NCBI RefSeq assembly: GCF_006345805.1
Contig: NC_042999.1
Span: 15,252,001-15,316,000 of the forward strand
Source: Octopus sinensis
Lineage: Eukaryota
Direction of reading: 5' to 3'
Length of the DNA: 64,000 nt
The notes under the pieces were generated by a model that did not search any database, was not told the origin of the DNA, and saw only the letters and a program-made list of their open reading frames with translations. Shown here one piece after another: positions 51,672-63,970 of this stretch. The translations under genes and the position numbers were made by a program. The number at the start of each line of letters is the position of its first letter. Position 1 is the first letter of the stretch.

Positions 51672-51803
51672 TCAATTTTTAAACTATTTTAATCAATTTT
51701 AAAACTATTTTAATCAATTTTAAAACTATTTTAATCAATTTTAAAACTATTTTAATCAATTTTAAAACTATTTTAATCAATTTTTAAACTATTTTAATCA
51801 ATT
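51672..51803. repeat. 21-bp minisatellite, about 6 copies
   Basis: AAAACTATTTTAATCAATTTT repeated. Confidence 0.95.
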
Positions 51804-52139
51804 TATTTTTGTACTTCTGATGAGAGAAACACAACTATTTCTATCGGCTGGAAAACTCGCTCAATACAAACGCATTCGTGAAAACGATAGTAAGATTTTG
51901 TAATACTGCTTTTCTTTGGGTTGTAATATTAGAGTACTTGAAACCTAACATCTCGATGAATTTTTTTTAAATGTATTTTGTATTCACATGATAAAGGAAG
52001 TTGACCTACGAAAATCTGTCATCTACTTTGATTTATGTTATATTTTGCTCATATTTGAGAACTAATTAGGTGCGCTGCAACAAAGGTTTGGTTAATGTTT
52101 ACTGGCTTTCCTTTTTTCTTATATATGCATATGTATAAA

Positions 52140-52840
52140 CACACATTTATTTTATAAAATCCGTTCTGTCTGCGTGTGTCTTGTAGGATCTCGGGCATCC
52201 TCCATCCGATTGCGCTCAAATTTAATATGTAGATACCGACGGCATCAGGGCATGTATAAGTCTTGAAAAAATTACAAAAATCGATTCCAAGTGAGAATGC
52301 GATCGATAAAGCCGTGGGAACGTGCATTTGTACGCGCAAGTACATCAGCTGTTGCGATCGATACTATGGGTACGCGAGAAAAATGTACGTGCAGTTTGCA
52401 CCAAAAAATCGTCATGCTTTTCCATCTAGATTTATCTCCAGCTAACCCATTGGCATGCATCGTTTTTGTCCTGCTTTTCTTCCATCAACCTGTACATAAC
52501 TGCACCTTCCATTTTTGTTGTTTTTGTACTGCTTGAAGGCACGTTTCTTTCCTGCCAAGCTTAGTGTTTAAACCATGTTTGTGTTCTCCCAGTCAACAGC
52601 CTTATCATTACTGGTACTTTAAACTCTTCGGTTGCATATTTGTGTAAATAAAATCGTTTTTCTTAGGAATAGAAAAAAGTCTATCTTTATTTCTTCTTTT
52701 GCTGGTGTCTCAAATTTAGGTTAAATCGGTGTTTCTCAAAGGGGAGGCCTATGGGACGGTCGGACAAGTTGTTTTGAGAAAATTTGGTTTAAATGTTTGA
52801 TAACTCAGCACCGTCCATTGGAGGGGGGAGTTTTGCTTGT
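52140..52840 (+). mobile_element. Possible non-autonomous Helitron-like element
   Basis: TTTATAAAATCCGTTCTGTCTGCGTGTG...CCATCCGATTGCGCTCAAATTT resembles such 5' ends; 3' end ...GGGGGAGTTTTGCTTGT; pattern recognition only. Confidence 0.4.
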
Positions 52841-53434
52841 ATACATATAATATGCATACATGTATGTATGCATGTTATATTTATATATATGTATATATGT
52901 GTTTATATATATGCATTATATTATATATATATATATATATATGTATATATGTTTATATATATGCATTATATTATATATATATATATATATGTATATATGT
53001 TTATATATATGCATTATATTATATATATGTATGCATATATATGTATATATAAACATATACACTTAGTATAATACGTATATATAATATGTGTACATGCATA
53101 TATATTAATAAAAAATCCGCATTAAGAGCAGGACATCACCAATGAGTGAAAAATACGTAAACACGCAAGATGTATTTTTCACTCGTTGGTGATGTCCTGT
53201 ATTTAATGTGTACATTTTTTTTATGTATTTATAATTGAACACCACGTAGCCTTGTCCACAGTAAGTTCTTACACACACACATTGTAAAGAAATCATGTAT
53301 GCAATAGCCCAAATGCATAATACAGGAGTATTCATATACAGATGAGAATGAGATAAAATCCATATATTGTAGATGCTTGAAAATATAGATGAATGATATG
53401 TAATGTATAATGTAATTTTCAGAAGCTATATATA

Positions 53435-53460
53435 TATGTGACTGCATGTGTATCGTTGGC

Positions 53461-53491
<31 letters not shown>

Positions 53492-53663
53492 CTTCTTTCC
53501 ATCTTCCCTTCCTTGGATCTTTCCTTTTCCCATGTTTCTGACGAAGAGCTCCGCTCGAAATGTTAAATCCTCCTTCTTTCTTTCCTTTCCTGAGCATCCT
53601 ATAACACGATACTTGTTCCACGTCCTCGCATTTTTTTCTCTTTGTGTTTTCATGTTTAGATTA

Positions 53664-53665
<2 letters not shown>
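53435..53665 (+). mobile_element. Repeat family E, second copy, with minimal HHR (53534-53568)
   Basis: GTTT-CTGACGA-A-GAGC-TCC-GCTC-GAAAT-GTT-AAAT; flanked by (TA)n on both sides. Confidence 0.72.
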
Positions 53666-53705
<40 letters not shown>

Positions 53706-54371
53706 GAAATGATAATAATAATATGGATTATTATGAAGTAGTATAGCATTATCTTTAATTACTATATATATATATATATATATATATATGCAGCTTCAAA
53801 TAGACCTATACATGTTTCTATTGCATCAATATATATATGTATATGTTGAATCTATAGCTATATATATATATATTCATGGAGAAAAATATTTTACTCGGGT
53901 ATTTACTTTCTGATGCTACAGACACATGCACACACAGATATATATTAAATGCAGTTATGATTATATGCCAAAAAACATGTTTATAGAAGAGGCTATTAAG
54001 TAAACTGTTTAGATCTACAGATAATGATAGTATATACATGTGTATTAAATATTTAGTTTATATAATGCACACACACACACACACTGGCATGGAAGGCATG
54101 GTTAAGAGGTTCAGTTTGCAAAAATGTGGCTTTGGGTTCAGCTCCCTGTGCAGCACCTTGAAGTGTTTTCTGTAATAGCCCCAAGCTGAACTATGCCTCA
54201 TGAAGGATTTTAGCAGATGGAAACTGTGTGGAAGCTCATCACGTGAGTGTGTCTGTTTCTCCCTGCTGCACTGTTTGTAAACCGATGTTGTTTAGTTTAT
54301 GCCCTTGTAAATTAGCAGCTCAGAAAAAGTGATCAGTACTGGGGTAGATTTCTTTAACTAAAATCCCTCAA

Positions 54372-54745
54372 AGGTGCAGGAGTGACTGTGTGGTAAGTAG
54401 CTTGCTTACCAACCACATTGTTCTGGGTTCATTCCCATTGTGACGCCTTGGAGAAGTGTCTTCTACTGTAGCCTCAGGCCAACCAAAGCCTTGTGAGTGG
54501 AGTTTGGTAGAGGGAAACTGAAAGAAGCCTGTCGTATATATATTTATGTGTGTGTGTGTCTGTATTTGTCCCCCCGATATTGCTTGACAACTGATGCTGG
54601 TGTGTTTATGTCCCCGTAACTTAGTTCGGCAAAAGAGACCGATAGAATAAGTACTAGGCTTACAATGTCCTGAGGTCAATTTGCTCAACTAAAGGTGTTG
54701 CTCCAGCATGGCAACAGCCCAATGACTGAAGCAAGTAAAAGAAAA
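54372..54745 (+). mobile_element. SINE family C, full length
   Basis: Head, internal microsatellite and tail. Confidence 0.9.
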
Positions 54746-55057
54746 TCCACACATACACATAATGAAAATATGTCTTCTCATTCCATTGTATGTATTTTGG
54801 TACAGATATAGGAACAGCTCTATGGTGGAAAAGTTTGCTTGGCAACTTTGTCATTGCAAGCTTGATCTGAATGAAATGAATCTTATGGAGTGTCTTCCAA
54901 TGTAGCCTTGTGTTGGGTTAATGCCTTGCTAATGGAATATTGGTAGAAGGAAACTGTGTGCAAGATATTTTTCAGACATTCTAATGATGCTGTTAATCCA
55001 TCCTCTTTATCCCTTTCAGAAATGCTCTGTGTTTCTTTCAAGACAGCACCGCATAAC

Positions 55058-55510
55058 TGGCATCCGTGCTAGTGGTGCACTAAGAGCACCATCCGAGAGT
55101 GATCGTTGCCAGGGCTGCTGACTGGCCCCCGTGCCGGTGGCATGTAAAAAGCACCATTCGAGTGTGATCATTACCAGTGTCGCCTTACTGGCACTTGTGC
55201 TGGTGGTATGTGAAAAACAACATTTGAGCGAAGGTGTTGCCAGTGCTGCTTGACTGGCTCCTGTGCAGGTGACATGTAAAAATACCATTTCAGTGTGGCC
55301 ATTGCCAGTACTGCTTGACTGGCCCTCGTGCCAGTGGCATGTAAAAGTATCCACTACACTCTCAGAGTAGTTGGCATTAGGAAGGGCATCTAGCTGTAGA
55401 AACTTTGCCAGATTAGATTGGAGCCTGGTACAGCCATCTGGCTCACCAGTCCTCAGTCAAACCGTCCAACCCATGCCAGCATAGAAAGCAGATATTAAAC
55501 GATGATAATG
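55058..55510 (+). mobile_element. Retroposon family D with 5' repeat array
   Basis: Same unit order as 30043-30508. Confidence 0.85.
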
Positions 55511-55514
55511 AATT

Positions 55515-55684
55515 TTAAATATAACTAAGAATTTAGTAAAACAACTTAATCATTCAGCTGGTGTTAAGAACATAAATTGTGACTAAGGTTTGGTGAAAGA
55601 TTTTAATTCAAAACTTATGAAAATAACACACTTGTACTACAGAGCCAGATGCAGTTTTAGCCGGGTTGGTATTGAGAGGGTTAA
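55515..55684. mobile_element. Partial piggyBac-like MITE
   Basis: Reverse complement of part of 44924-45509; ends GAGGG|TTAA. Confidence 0.7.
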
Positions 55685-56029
55685 ATTGGTTTCAAATTTT
55701 GGAACAAGGCCAGCAATTTCAGAAAGGGGATAAGTTGGTTCTATCAACCCCAGTGCTTAACTGGTATTTATTTTATAGACCCTGTAAGGATGAAAGGCAA
55801 AGTTGACCTTGGTGGAATTTGAACTCAGAATGTAAAGACAGATGAAATGCCACTTAGCAGTTTGCTTGGTGTGCTAACAGTTCTGCCACCTCATCATCCT
55901 AAATATATAAGGAATATTACAAGACATTCTTCCTGACATTCTAATGATGCTGCTAATCTTTATATTAATAATCATTATGAGGTTGCAATGCAGAATAAGA
56001 ACAAGAAGATTTTATGGGGCTTCTCTCAT

Positions 56030-56360
56030 AAAGACTGATGGTACTATTGAAGCAAAGAGACCAGATATGATTATAGAGGACAAAAGAAGCAGTTCATGAT
56101 TATAGACTTTGCAATTCTCTACGATAACAGCAGGTTTCAAAGAAATTGAGAGAAAGGAGAAATATTAGGACCTAGATGAAGAGATCATGGAAATCTAAGA
56201 TGACAATAATTTCTGCAGTAATTGGCACATTTCACATAATACCCTAAACTGTTAGCTGAAGGGCTGAAGAATATTGGAATTGAGATTCTTAGGGCTAACA
56301 TGCAGAAAAGTGCAACTTTTTTTTCTGCTAGGAAAATAAGAATAATTTTTGAGACTTATG
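56030..56360 (+). mobile_element. R4/Dong-like LINE restriction-like endonuclease fragment
   Basis: TIEAKRPDMIIEDK..IIDFAI..KEIERKEKY*DL...VIGT...LKNIGI...MQKSA. Confidence 0.75.
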
Positions 56361-56410
56361 ATCACCCAACCTTAAGACAACATTGCAGTTAAGTGATATG
56401 GCATATAATA

Positions 56411-56978
56411 TTGGGTTGTCCGGAAAGTTCGCGCCGATTTTTAAAGGAAAGAAAAGGGTCAATAAATACTTGCCATTACATTTTTAATCAACCAAATATG
56501 AACCATTTTGTTGCACAATGTGTCTCCATCTTTCCTTCAACTTGAAAATACCCTCTTCAAAGAATTGAGGTGGTTTCATGGCAAAGAATTCATCAAGGTA
56601 TCTTTTTATATCATCCAAGGAATTGAAATTTTTACCATTAAGACTATTCTGCAGAGACCTGAATAAGTGGAAATCAGAAGGAGCAATATCTGGTGAACAT
56701 GGAGGGTGGGGTAACACATCCCAGCCGTGCTGCAGCAATTTTTATCTGGTTCCTAAAGCATCAAGTGCCAAAAATGAACTTTCTCATCTTTTATTTTAAA
56801 GGGTTACAGAATTAACACAGGTTATAGGAACATAAACCTTCTTCCACGAAAAGATAGCCTAAATTGTGCTCTAAATAGAGGTGTAGTCAAATCCTATTTT
56901 ATGGACTCAAAACCATGTTCTAAAATAGGTCGAAAGGTAAGCTACTATAAATCAACACGAACATTCCAGGCAACCCAA
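56411..56978 (-). mobile_element. Internally deleted mariner element, second copy
   Basis: TA|TTGGGTTGTCCGGAAAG...CAACCCAA; GWDVLPHPPCSPDIAPSDFHLFRSLQN. Confidence 0.92.
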
Positions 56979-57185
56979 TCCTAAAAGAAGAATGATAAAA
57001 TAAGAGAGTTTATGAGAAAGCTAAAAAAGGTACAAATTCTACCACAGTTGACTTTGCCTTTCATCCTTTCAAAGTACCTGTTGATTTACACCCTCCCCCA
57101 AAATTACTGGTCTTGAACCAAAAATTAAAACAATTATCACTGTTATTAATATCATTATTCATCTTAAGGTAACTAAGGTAACAAA

Positions 57186-57235
57186 GTTGAAAGGTAAGCT
57201 ACTCTAAATCGGCACAAACTTTCCGGACAACCCAA
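57186..57235. mobile_element. Solo mariner terminal fragment
   Basis: AAATCGGCACAAACTTTCCGGACAACCCAA|TA. Confidence 0.85.
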
Positions 57236-57559
57236 TAGTTTCAAATTTTGGCACAATGCTAGCAATTTTAGGGGAAGTGGGTTAGTCAATCACATTGACC
57301 TCCAGGACTTGGATTGTGAAGTCATTCAGAGTGTTTGGCAGAGTTGCAAACCTCTTAAACGTCCTCAATGCTAATATGACACATTGGAAAATATGATGAT
57401 TGAAGTGAAATCGCTGAGGAATGCAGCTGATAAAAGCTGCATCTTGCTGAGTGATTCCTTTTTCCTTTTGTTGTTATTCTGCACATAAAAGTCAACATGG
57501 CTTACAAACTATGCAGAAATGTATCCTCTTTAAATCATCTTTTCTTCATGGATGACTTC

Positions 57560-57787
57560 ACCGTTTTGATACCAACCCACCTGAGACCACACCTGGTTCT
57601 ATGACACAAAGTTCCTGTTTTAAAGTGAACTAAATTAAAATTTGCCTTTAAAATTTCATGTTAATTTATATTCCAAACACCAGCTTAATAATGACAAAGT
57701 TATTTTAATAAATTCTTCATTATTTTGAAAATTAATTGAAACCAACGGCAATGTATTCTACAGAAATATGGTAACAAACTGGTTAAT
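57560..57787. mobile_element. piggyBac-like MITE, related subfamily
   Basis: CCGTTTTGATACCAACCC...GGTAACAAACTGG|TTAA; internal similarity to 44924-45509. Confidence 0.6.
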
Positions 57788-58907
57788 GATATTTGTAAAG
57801 TTTGTAGAAGAGACAAATTCCACTTTGTAATACAATAAAGGCATTTTACAGTGATATTTGTAATGGAATTTGGTCTATCAAAATGTGTGACTTTAATGGA
57901 ATAATTTTATCAGAAAAATGGATTTTTAGAATCTGATGACCTCAGGGGGATTTAAATTGGGAGAGTAAAGAGCCAAAAGAAATATCATATGGTCTTTTGA
58001 CTGACAATCAGTTGATTCTAATTATTATTATCACCATCATCATAAAGGGTGGTGGACCAAATGCTTAGTGGCATGTCATCCATCTTTACATTCTAAGTTC
58101 AAATTTCTCCGGTTGACTTTGCCTTTCATCGGTAGAAACATTAACATGCCGGGCGAAATGCTTAGCGGTATTTTGTCTGCCGTTCCGTTCTGAGTTCAAA
58201 TTCCGCCGAGGTTGACTTTGACTTTCATCCTTTCAGGGTCGATAAATTAAGTACCAGTTAAGCACTGGGGTCGATGCAATCGACTTAATCCATTTGTCTG
58301 TAGCACATAAAAAGCACCAAAGCACCATTCAAATGTGGCCGATGCTGGTGGCATATAAAAAGCACCCACTACACTCATGGAGTGGTTGGCATTAGGAAAG
58401 GCATCCAGTTGTAGAAACACTGCCAGATCAGACTGGTGCCTGGTGCAAGCCTCCTTGCTTCCCAGACCCCAGTCAGACTGTCCAACCCATGCTAGCACGG
58501 AAAACATGATTTATACTTAAACATTCAGCATCTGAAAGCTTAGTCTTTGTTTTCTATCATTTTGCATGCATACATAGACATTAGGAATGTGGTATAAAGC
58601 TCGTCCACCTTCAGAATTACCCAGTACTATCAGTAGTATTATTTTATACTTCAAAGTTTAAATTTGGGCATTCATCATGCATGAATATAGCAAACATAAC
58701 TAGATCTCATTGTGTGTGAATACAGGAAACACAGCTAGATTTCATTATGTGTGTGAATATAGGAAACAACTAAATCTCATTATGCCAACAAACAGTTGCA
58801 TAATCAAATACCTGTATTCTTGGAGATCTATGCTGCGTCAAAACAACTGTAGTGAATGATAAATAAATGTCCAACCATACTCCTTCTTGACTCCAACGTC
58901 TTCAATT

Positions 58908-59280
58908 ATGTGCCGGTGGCATGTAAAAAGCACCAACCATTCGTGGCCGTTGCCAGTCTACCCTGGCACCTGTGCTGGTGGTACCTAAAAAGCACCATCC
59001 GTACGTGGTCGATACCAGCGTCGCCTTGACTGGCTTCCGTGTCGGTGGAACGTAAAAACACCGACCGATCGTGGATGTTGCCAGCCTCCCCTGGCACCTG
59101 TGCCAGTGGCATGTAAAAAGCACCCACTACACTCACGGAGTGGTTGGTGTTAGGAAGGGCATCCAGCTTTAGAAACACTGCCAGATCAGACTGGAGCCTG
59201 GTGCAGCCTCTTGGCTTCCCAGACCCCTGTCAAACTGTCCAACCCATGCTAGCATGGAAAACGGATGTTAAACGATGATA
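58908..59280 (+). mobile_element. Retroposon family D with a different 5' repeat array
   Basis: Four GTGCCGGTGGCATGTAAAAAGCACC-type units, then the family D body. Confidence 0.85.
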
Positions 59281-59314
59281 TGCAAAATATGTATATGAAG
59301 CTCAAGCTGCTATA

Positions 59315-59606
59315 CTCTCTTTACTTGTTTGTCATTTGACTGTGGTCATGTTGGAGCACCACTTTTAGTCGAGCAAATTGACCCCAGTACTTATTCTTTG
59401 TAAGCCTGGTACTTATTCTATCGGCCTCTTTTTGCCGAACTGCTAAGTTACGGGGACGTAAATACACCAGCATCAGTTGTCAAGCAATGTTGGGGAGGAC
59501 AAACACAGACACACTAACACACACACACATGCACACACACACACATGCACACACACACACATGCACACACACACACACATGCACACACACACGCACATGC
59601 ACGCAC

Positions 59607-59648
<42 letters not shown>

Positions 59649-59850
59649 GTATATATATATACACACAGACACACACACACATATACAACAGGCTTCTTTC
59701 AGTTTCTGCCTACCAAATCCACTCACAAGACTTCGGTTGGCCCGAGTCTATATTAGAAGACACTCGGCCAAGGTGCCATGCAGTGGGAGTGAACCCGGAG
59801 CCATGTGGTTCGTAAGCAAGCCACTTACCACACAGCCACTCCTGCGCCTA
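59315..59850 (-). mobile_element. SINE family C with expanded internal (CA)n
   Basis: Tail, (CA)n/(CACATG)n tract and head. Confidence 0.9.
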
Positions 59851-59892
59851 ACTCTTGTGCTATATTTGATTTGTTTATCTGCATAATTGCCC

Positions 59893-59977
<85 letters not shown>

Positions 59978-60679
59978 AATATGGGCTTGTTTTAGCTTCT
60001 GTCAAACAAATGTGCTCACAAGGCATTGGCTGGTCCAGGGCTAAAGTAGAAAAAATTTTCCCAAGGTGTCACACAGTGGGACTGAACTTGAAACCATGTG
60101 GTTGGGAAACAAACTTCTTAACCATACAGCCAAGCTTACACCTCTGCATTCCGAAAGATATGTATTTTTTTCTCTAGAAATAGAATATTAACAGATTAAA
60201 GAATCTAATTCACTCAGTTGCTATGGCAGTATCAAGGGAACTTGGACTTGATGTAATAGAGTAAGCACCCTTCTTCAGGCAAATCTACCAAAAAAAAAAA
60301 AAACAGGTGAAAAAAAATACTCCTTAAAATTGGTAAAAAATGAAAAGACCAATCAATCCTTACCTTGCAAAACGGAAAATGAATAAATAAATAAATGGAA
60401 GGTAAGAAAGGAAAAAGAAAGAAAATAGTCTGCAAATATAGCATCAATAAAAGAGAAGACATTTTGGAAGTGAAAGAAATGCCAATCATATCTGTGGAAA
60501 GTCATACTGGAAAAGATACTTTGAATAGTGTGAAGAGTTCTTCCTTGAAAATACGATATTCTAAATAAATATAAAATGTGTTCTAAGGACAACATAAAAA
60601 AAAAATGAGAGAAAAAAGATACATATAAAAATAAATGCCTAACATTGAATGATACACCAACATTAATAATAATAATAAT

Positions 60680-61149
60680 ATTGAAATATATTGGGAGACT
60701 ATATGGAGCAAAAATATTCAGCACATCCCAAGCATACAATGGATTAAAAGAGAAAAGGGATAAGGAAAAACAAAAAGAAAAACAAAGGAAAAAAATTGTG
60801 ATAACGGTACAAGCATGACTTGGCATAACTAGCGAGAGGACCAACAGGATATAAAGATAGCAAGTAGAAGGAAAGTTCTTGGAATTGACAAAGACACAAA
60901 TTTCTGGATGAGATGACAAAACAGTATTTATGGAATCTGTGGCAACCGCATTCAATGAATTCCTAAACAGACCAGAATTAACACCTGACTGGTTACTAGA
61001 GAGGAAAACAATATTGATTTCGCAAAACAAGGCGACCAGAGCACTCTCCCTGCTCTCCCACACCTTCCCATAAACTGCTGCAAGACAATAAATTGTTTGC
61101 CAGAAACATACAAAGCCCTTATATCATCTATATGCTGTAACAGGCTCAT

Positions 61150-61184
<35 letters not shown>

Positions 61185-62505
61185 TAATAATAAATGCCCC
61201 AATGCAGTATCAGGTAGTGGCTCTCATGGCTTCTGATCATAACTAATTGGAAGTGTTAACATGTGTGTTTTGTATTGGTGTAAAAGACAGGCTACAGCAA
61301 ATATTCTGCGCAGTACCACAGATTTGCTTGTCAGTTGTTTGACTGTAACCAGTTGAGCATGTACCTTAAGTGGCTGATAACATGTGCATCTCTGATCACG
61401 GTCAGAAGTAGTGGGGGAGCATCATAGCTATCTGTTGAGTGGAATTCTTTGGGGTTTGGATAATTCACCTCTGGAAACATGGGTGTTTCATTCAACATCC
61501 TTAAACAAGCCTTATTCAGAGACCTTTTGAGCAGGATGGGCTACTCTACCTGAAGAGATGAAAGCAAAGTTGACCTTGGTGGGATTTGAACTTAGAACAT
61601 AATGAGTCGGAAGAAATATCACAAAGAATAACACATAGCTTGAGAACCAGATTGAGTGTCAAAGCACAATGTATGAGAACTATCGAAGAAGTGAAAGTAA
61701 AAAGAGGAAAATGGAATTTTAGCATGGCATTGATTGATTACTGGAAAAGCATTTGATAGTATACCACATTGATGAATATCAAAGAAGAATACGTCTCTTA
61801 TATGTAAAGTAACTTTGGTACGAAGACAGTATATCAAACATGTCATTTGAAAATGGAAGCAACTAGATCAGGAGGCAAAAAGAGATGATAAAATACTCAT
61901 TGCTGTGTCTGCGATATGAAGAATCTTCCAAGGAGGTTCCTCGTTTCTTCTACTTGTCTGTGTAACTTTGATTCCATTTCCGAATATTTACTGAATAAAA
62001 CTACCACTACTGGGAAGGGGTAATTTGATTATATTGAACACAGTACTCAACAGGTACTTATTTTATTGACCTCAAAAGAATGAAAAGCACAGTTGACCTC
62101 AGCAGAATTTGAACTCAGAACACAGTGACAGGTGAAATACCTATTTCTTTACTACTCACAAGGGGCTAAACACAGAGAGAACAAACAAGGACAAATGGAT
62201 TAAGTTGATTATATCAACCCCAGTGCATAACTGGTACTTATTTAATCGACCCTGAAAGGATGAAAGGCAAAGTCGACCTCGTCAGAATTTGAACTCAGAA
62301 CGTATCGGCAGACGAAATACCGCGAAGCATTTCGCCCGGCGTGCTAACGATTCTGCCAGCTCACTGCCTTAATAATAATAATAAGAGGCAAGATGTGGTA
62401 TGAGCACAGACCACAGGGAGTGGTGGAGTCAGAGACTTGCAAAATCATTTGGGATTTCCCAATCTGAACAGATCAGGTGCTAGAGCATAACAGACCGGAT
62501 CTGGT
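60680..62505 (+). mobile_element. Fragmented R4/Dong-like LINE (RT N-part, RT motif, RLE) split by insertions
   Basis: LGIDKDTNFW, AFNEFLNRPELTPDWL, INCLPETYKAL (60680-61140); SMALIDY..KAFDSIPH (about 61710-61770); EHRPQGVVESETCKIIWDFPI*TDQVLEHNRPDL (62398-62505). Confidence 0.75.
62030..62370 (-). mobile_element. Tandem pair of SINE family B
   Basis: Reverse complement of the 24121-24540 layout. Confidence 0.85.
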
Positions 62506-63714
62506 GGTGGTGGACAAGATGTGCAACCACCGCCTTCACTGCTACTGCTGCTGCCACCACCACTGTTGCCACCGCTGCCATTGCTGCCTCTGCCACCTCC
62601 ACCACCACCACCACCACCATCATAATATTTCTCCTCATTGAAAATCCATTTTGCATGTTGGCTGCGACTGAACGGTCTAATAGGCTTCACTGAGTCGGAG
62701 GATTGCATTGTTCCCCAGAGTCTATTCCAACATGCTTTCTATGGCTCAAAGCCTTTTCTGATGCCAAACACCTTCCTATTATGTGCATTGAATATTTTGC
62801 ATCTTTTTATGGCACCAGCACTCGTGAGATTGCCATGTGCCTTACAAAACTAAAAAGCCCACTGGAGTGAGTAGGAACATAGAAGAGGGGGAGGGGTTTT
62901 ATATTTGGTAGAGAGGGGCGAAAATAGGAAAGAGGTAACAACAGGTGAAACAACAAAACAACTGTCTGCTATGATTTTCATAGCTGGTTGCCTTTCCTAA
63001 TGCCCACCACTTCCAGTGTGTACTGGGTGTAAAGTGATGAATGTTAAACTCAATGCTATAACACAAATGATGTAACACTAAATTAATACCAGTAATAATA
63101 GTTTCAAATCTTGGCACAGAGCCAGTAATTTTTGAGGGGAAAGGAAAGTTGATTACATTAACATTAGTACTCAGCTGGTAATTTTTTTATCGATCCTGAA
63201 AGGATATTTTTTAGAATGCAGAATTGCAGTTAGAATAGCAGAAATACTGGGTAATATACTCTTACAAGGCAGAAAAATTTCTCAACAACCAGCCATATCA
63301 CTCAAAGATTCTGGCTAAGTGCTTTACCATCAAGCTAAACTGCCTGCCAATGAATTCATCTGTTGAATTAGATGCTAAAATAGCGTAGCTTTATAGAACA
63401 ACCATGTGTCTCTAAATGTAAACAAACAAATATTTATTTATTTTTATTAGAAGTGTTGAAATGTGTTTTGTACAATACAAACATTTGTTTCTTTACATTT
63501 TATATACACATGATTGGTCTATAGAGCTAAACTATTTAGCATCTAATTCAGTGGATAAATTTGTCAAGCGGAGTCTTTGAGGGATATAGGTTCAAATTTC
63601 ATGGCAGGTTGTTGAATTTTTCTACCTTGTAAGGGTAAATTACCAAGTATTTCTCATGTCCTAATGGCAAATCTGCATTTACAAAAATATCAAATATCAT
63701 CTTATTTGTATCAT

Positions 63715-63762
<48 letters not shown>

Positions 63763-63824
63763 CACACACATACATCCAGTATATATATAATACACATTCA
63801 GTATATATATACACACATACACAC

Positions 63825-63970
63825 ATCAAGTATGTATATAATACACACACATCAAGTATGTATATAATACACACACATCAAGTATGTATATAATACACAC
63901 ACATCAAGCATGTATATAATACACACACATCAAGTATGTATATAATACACATACATCAAGTAATGTATAT
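63825..63970. repeat. 26-bp minisatellite, more than 5 copies
   Basis: ATCAAGTATGTATATAATACACACAC repeated. Confidence 0.92.

Noticed and set aside
51812-51835. CTGATGA-GA-GAAAC
   Set aside because: No room for helix II and no helix I or III pairing; likely chance
60353-61063. Longest ORF in the window (236 aa, minus strand)
   Set aside because: It is a low-complexity F/L/I/S-rich antisense shadow of A-rich decayed R4-like LINE sequence on the plus strand
9398-63874. Many 60-200 aa ORFs rich in Y/I/H/T/C/V/M
   Set aside because: They are translations of (TA)n, (CA)n, (TACA)n and (TATC)n microsatellites and carry no coding signal
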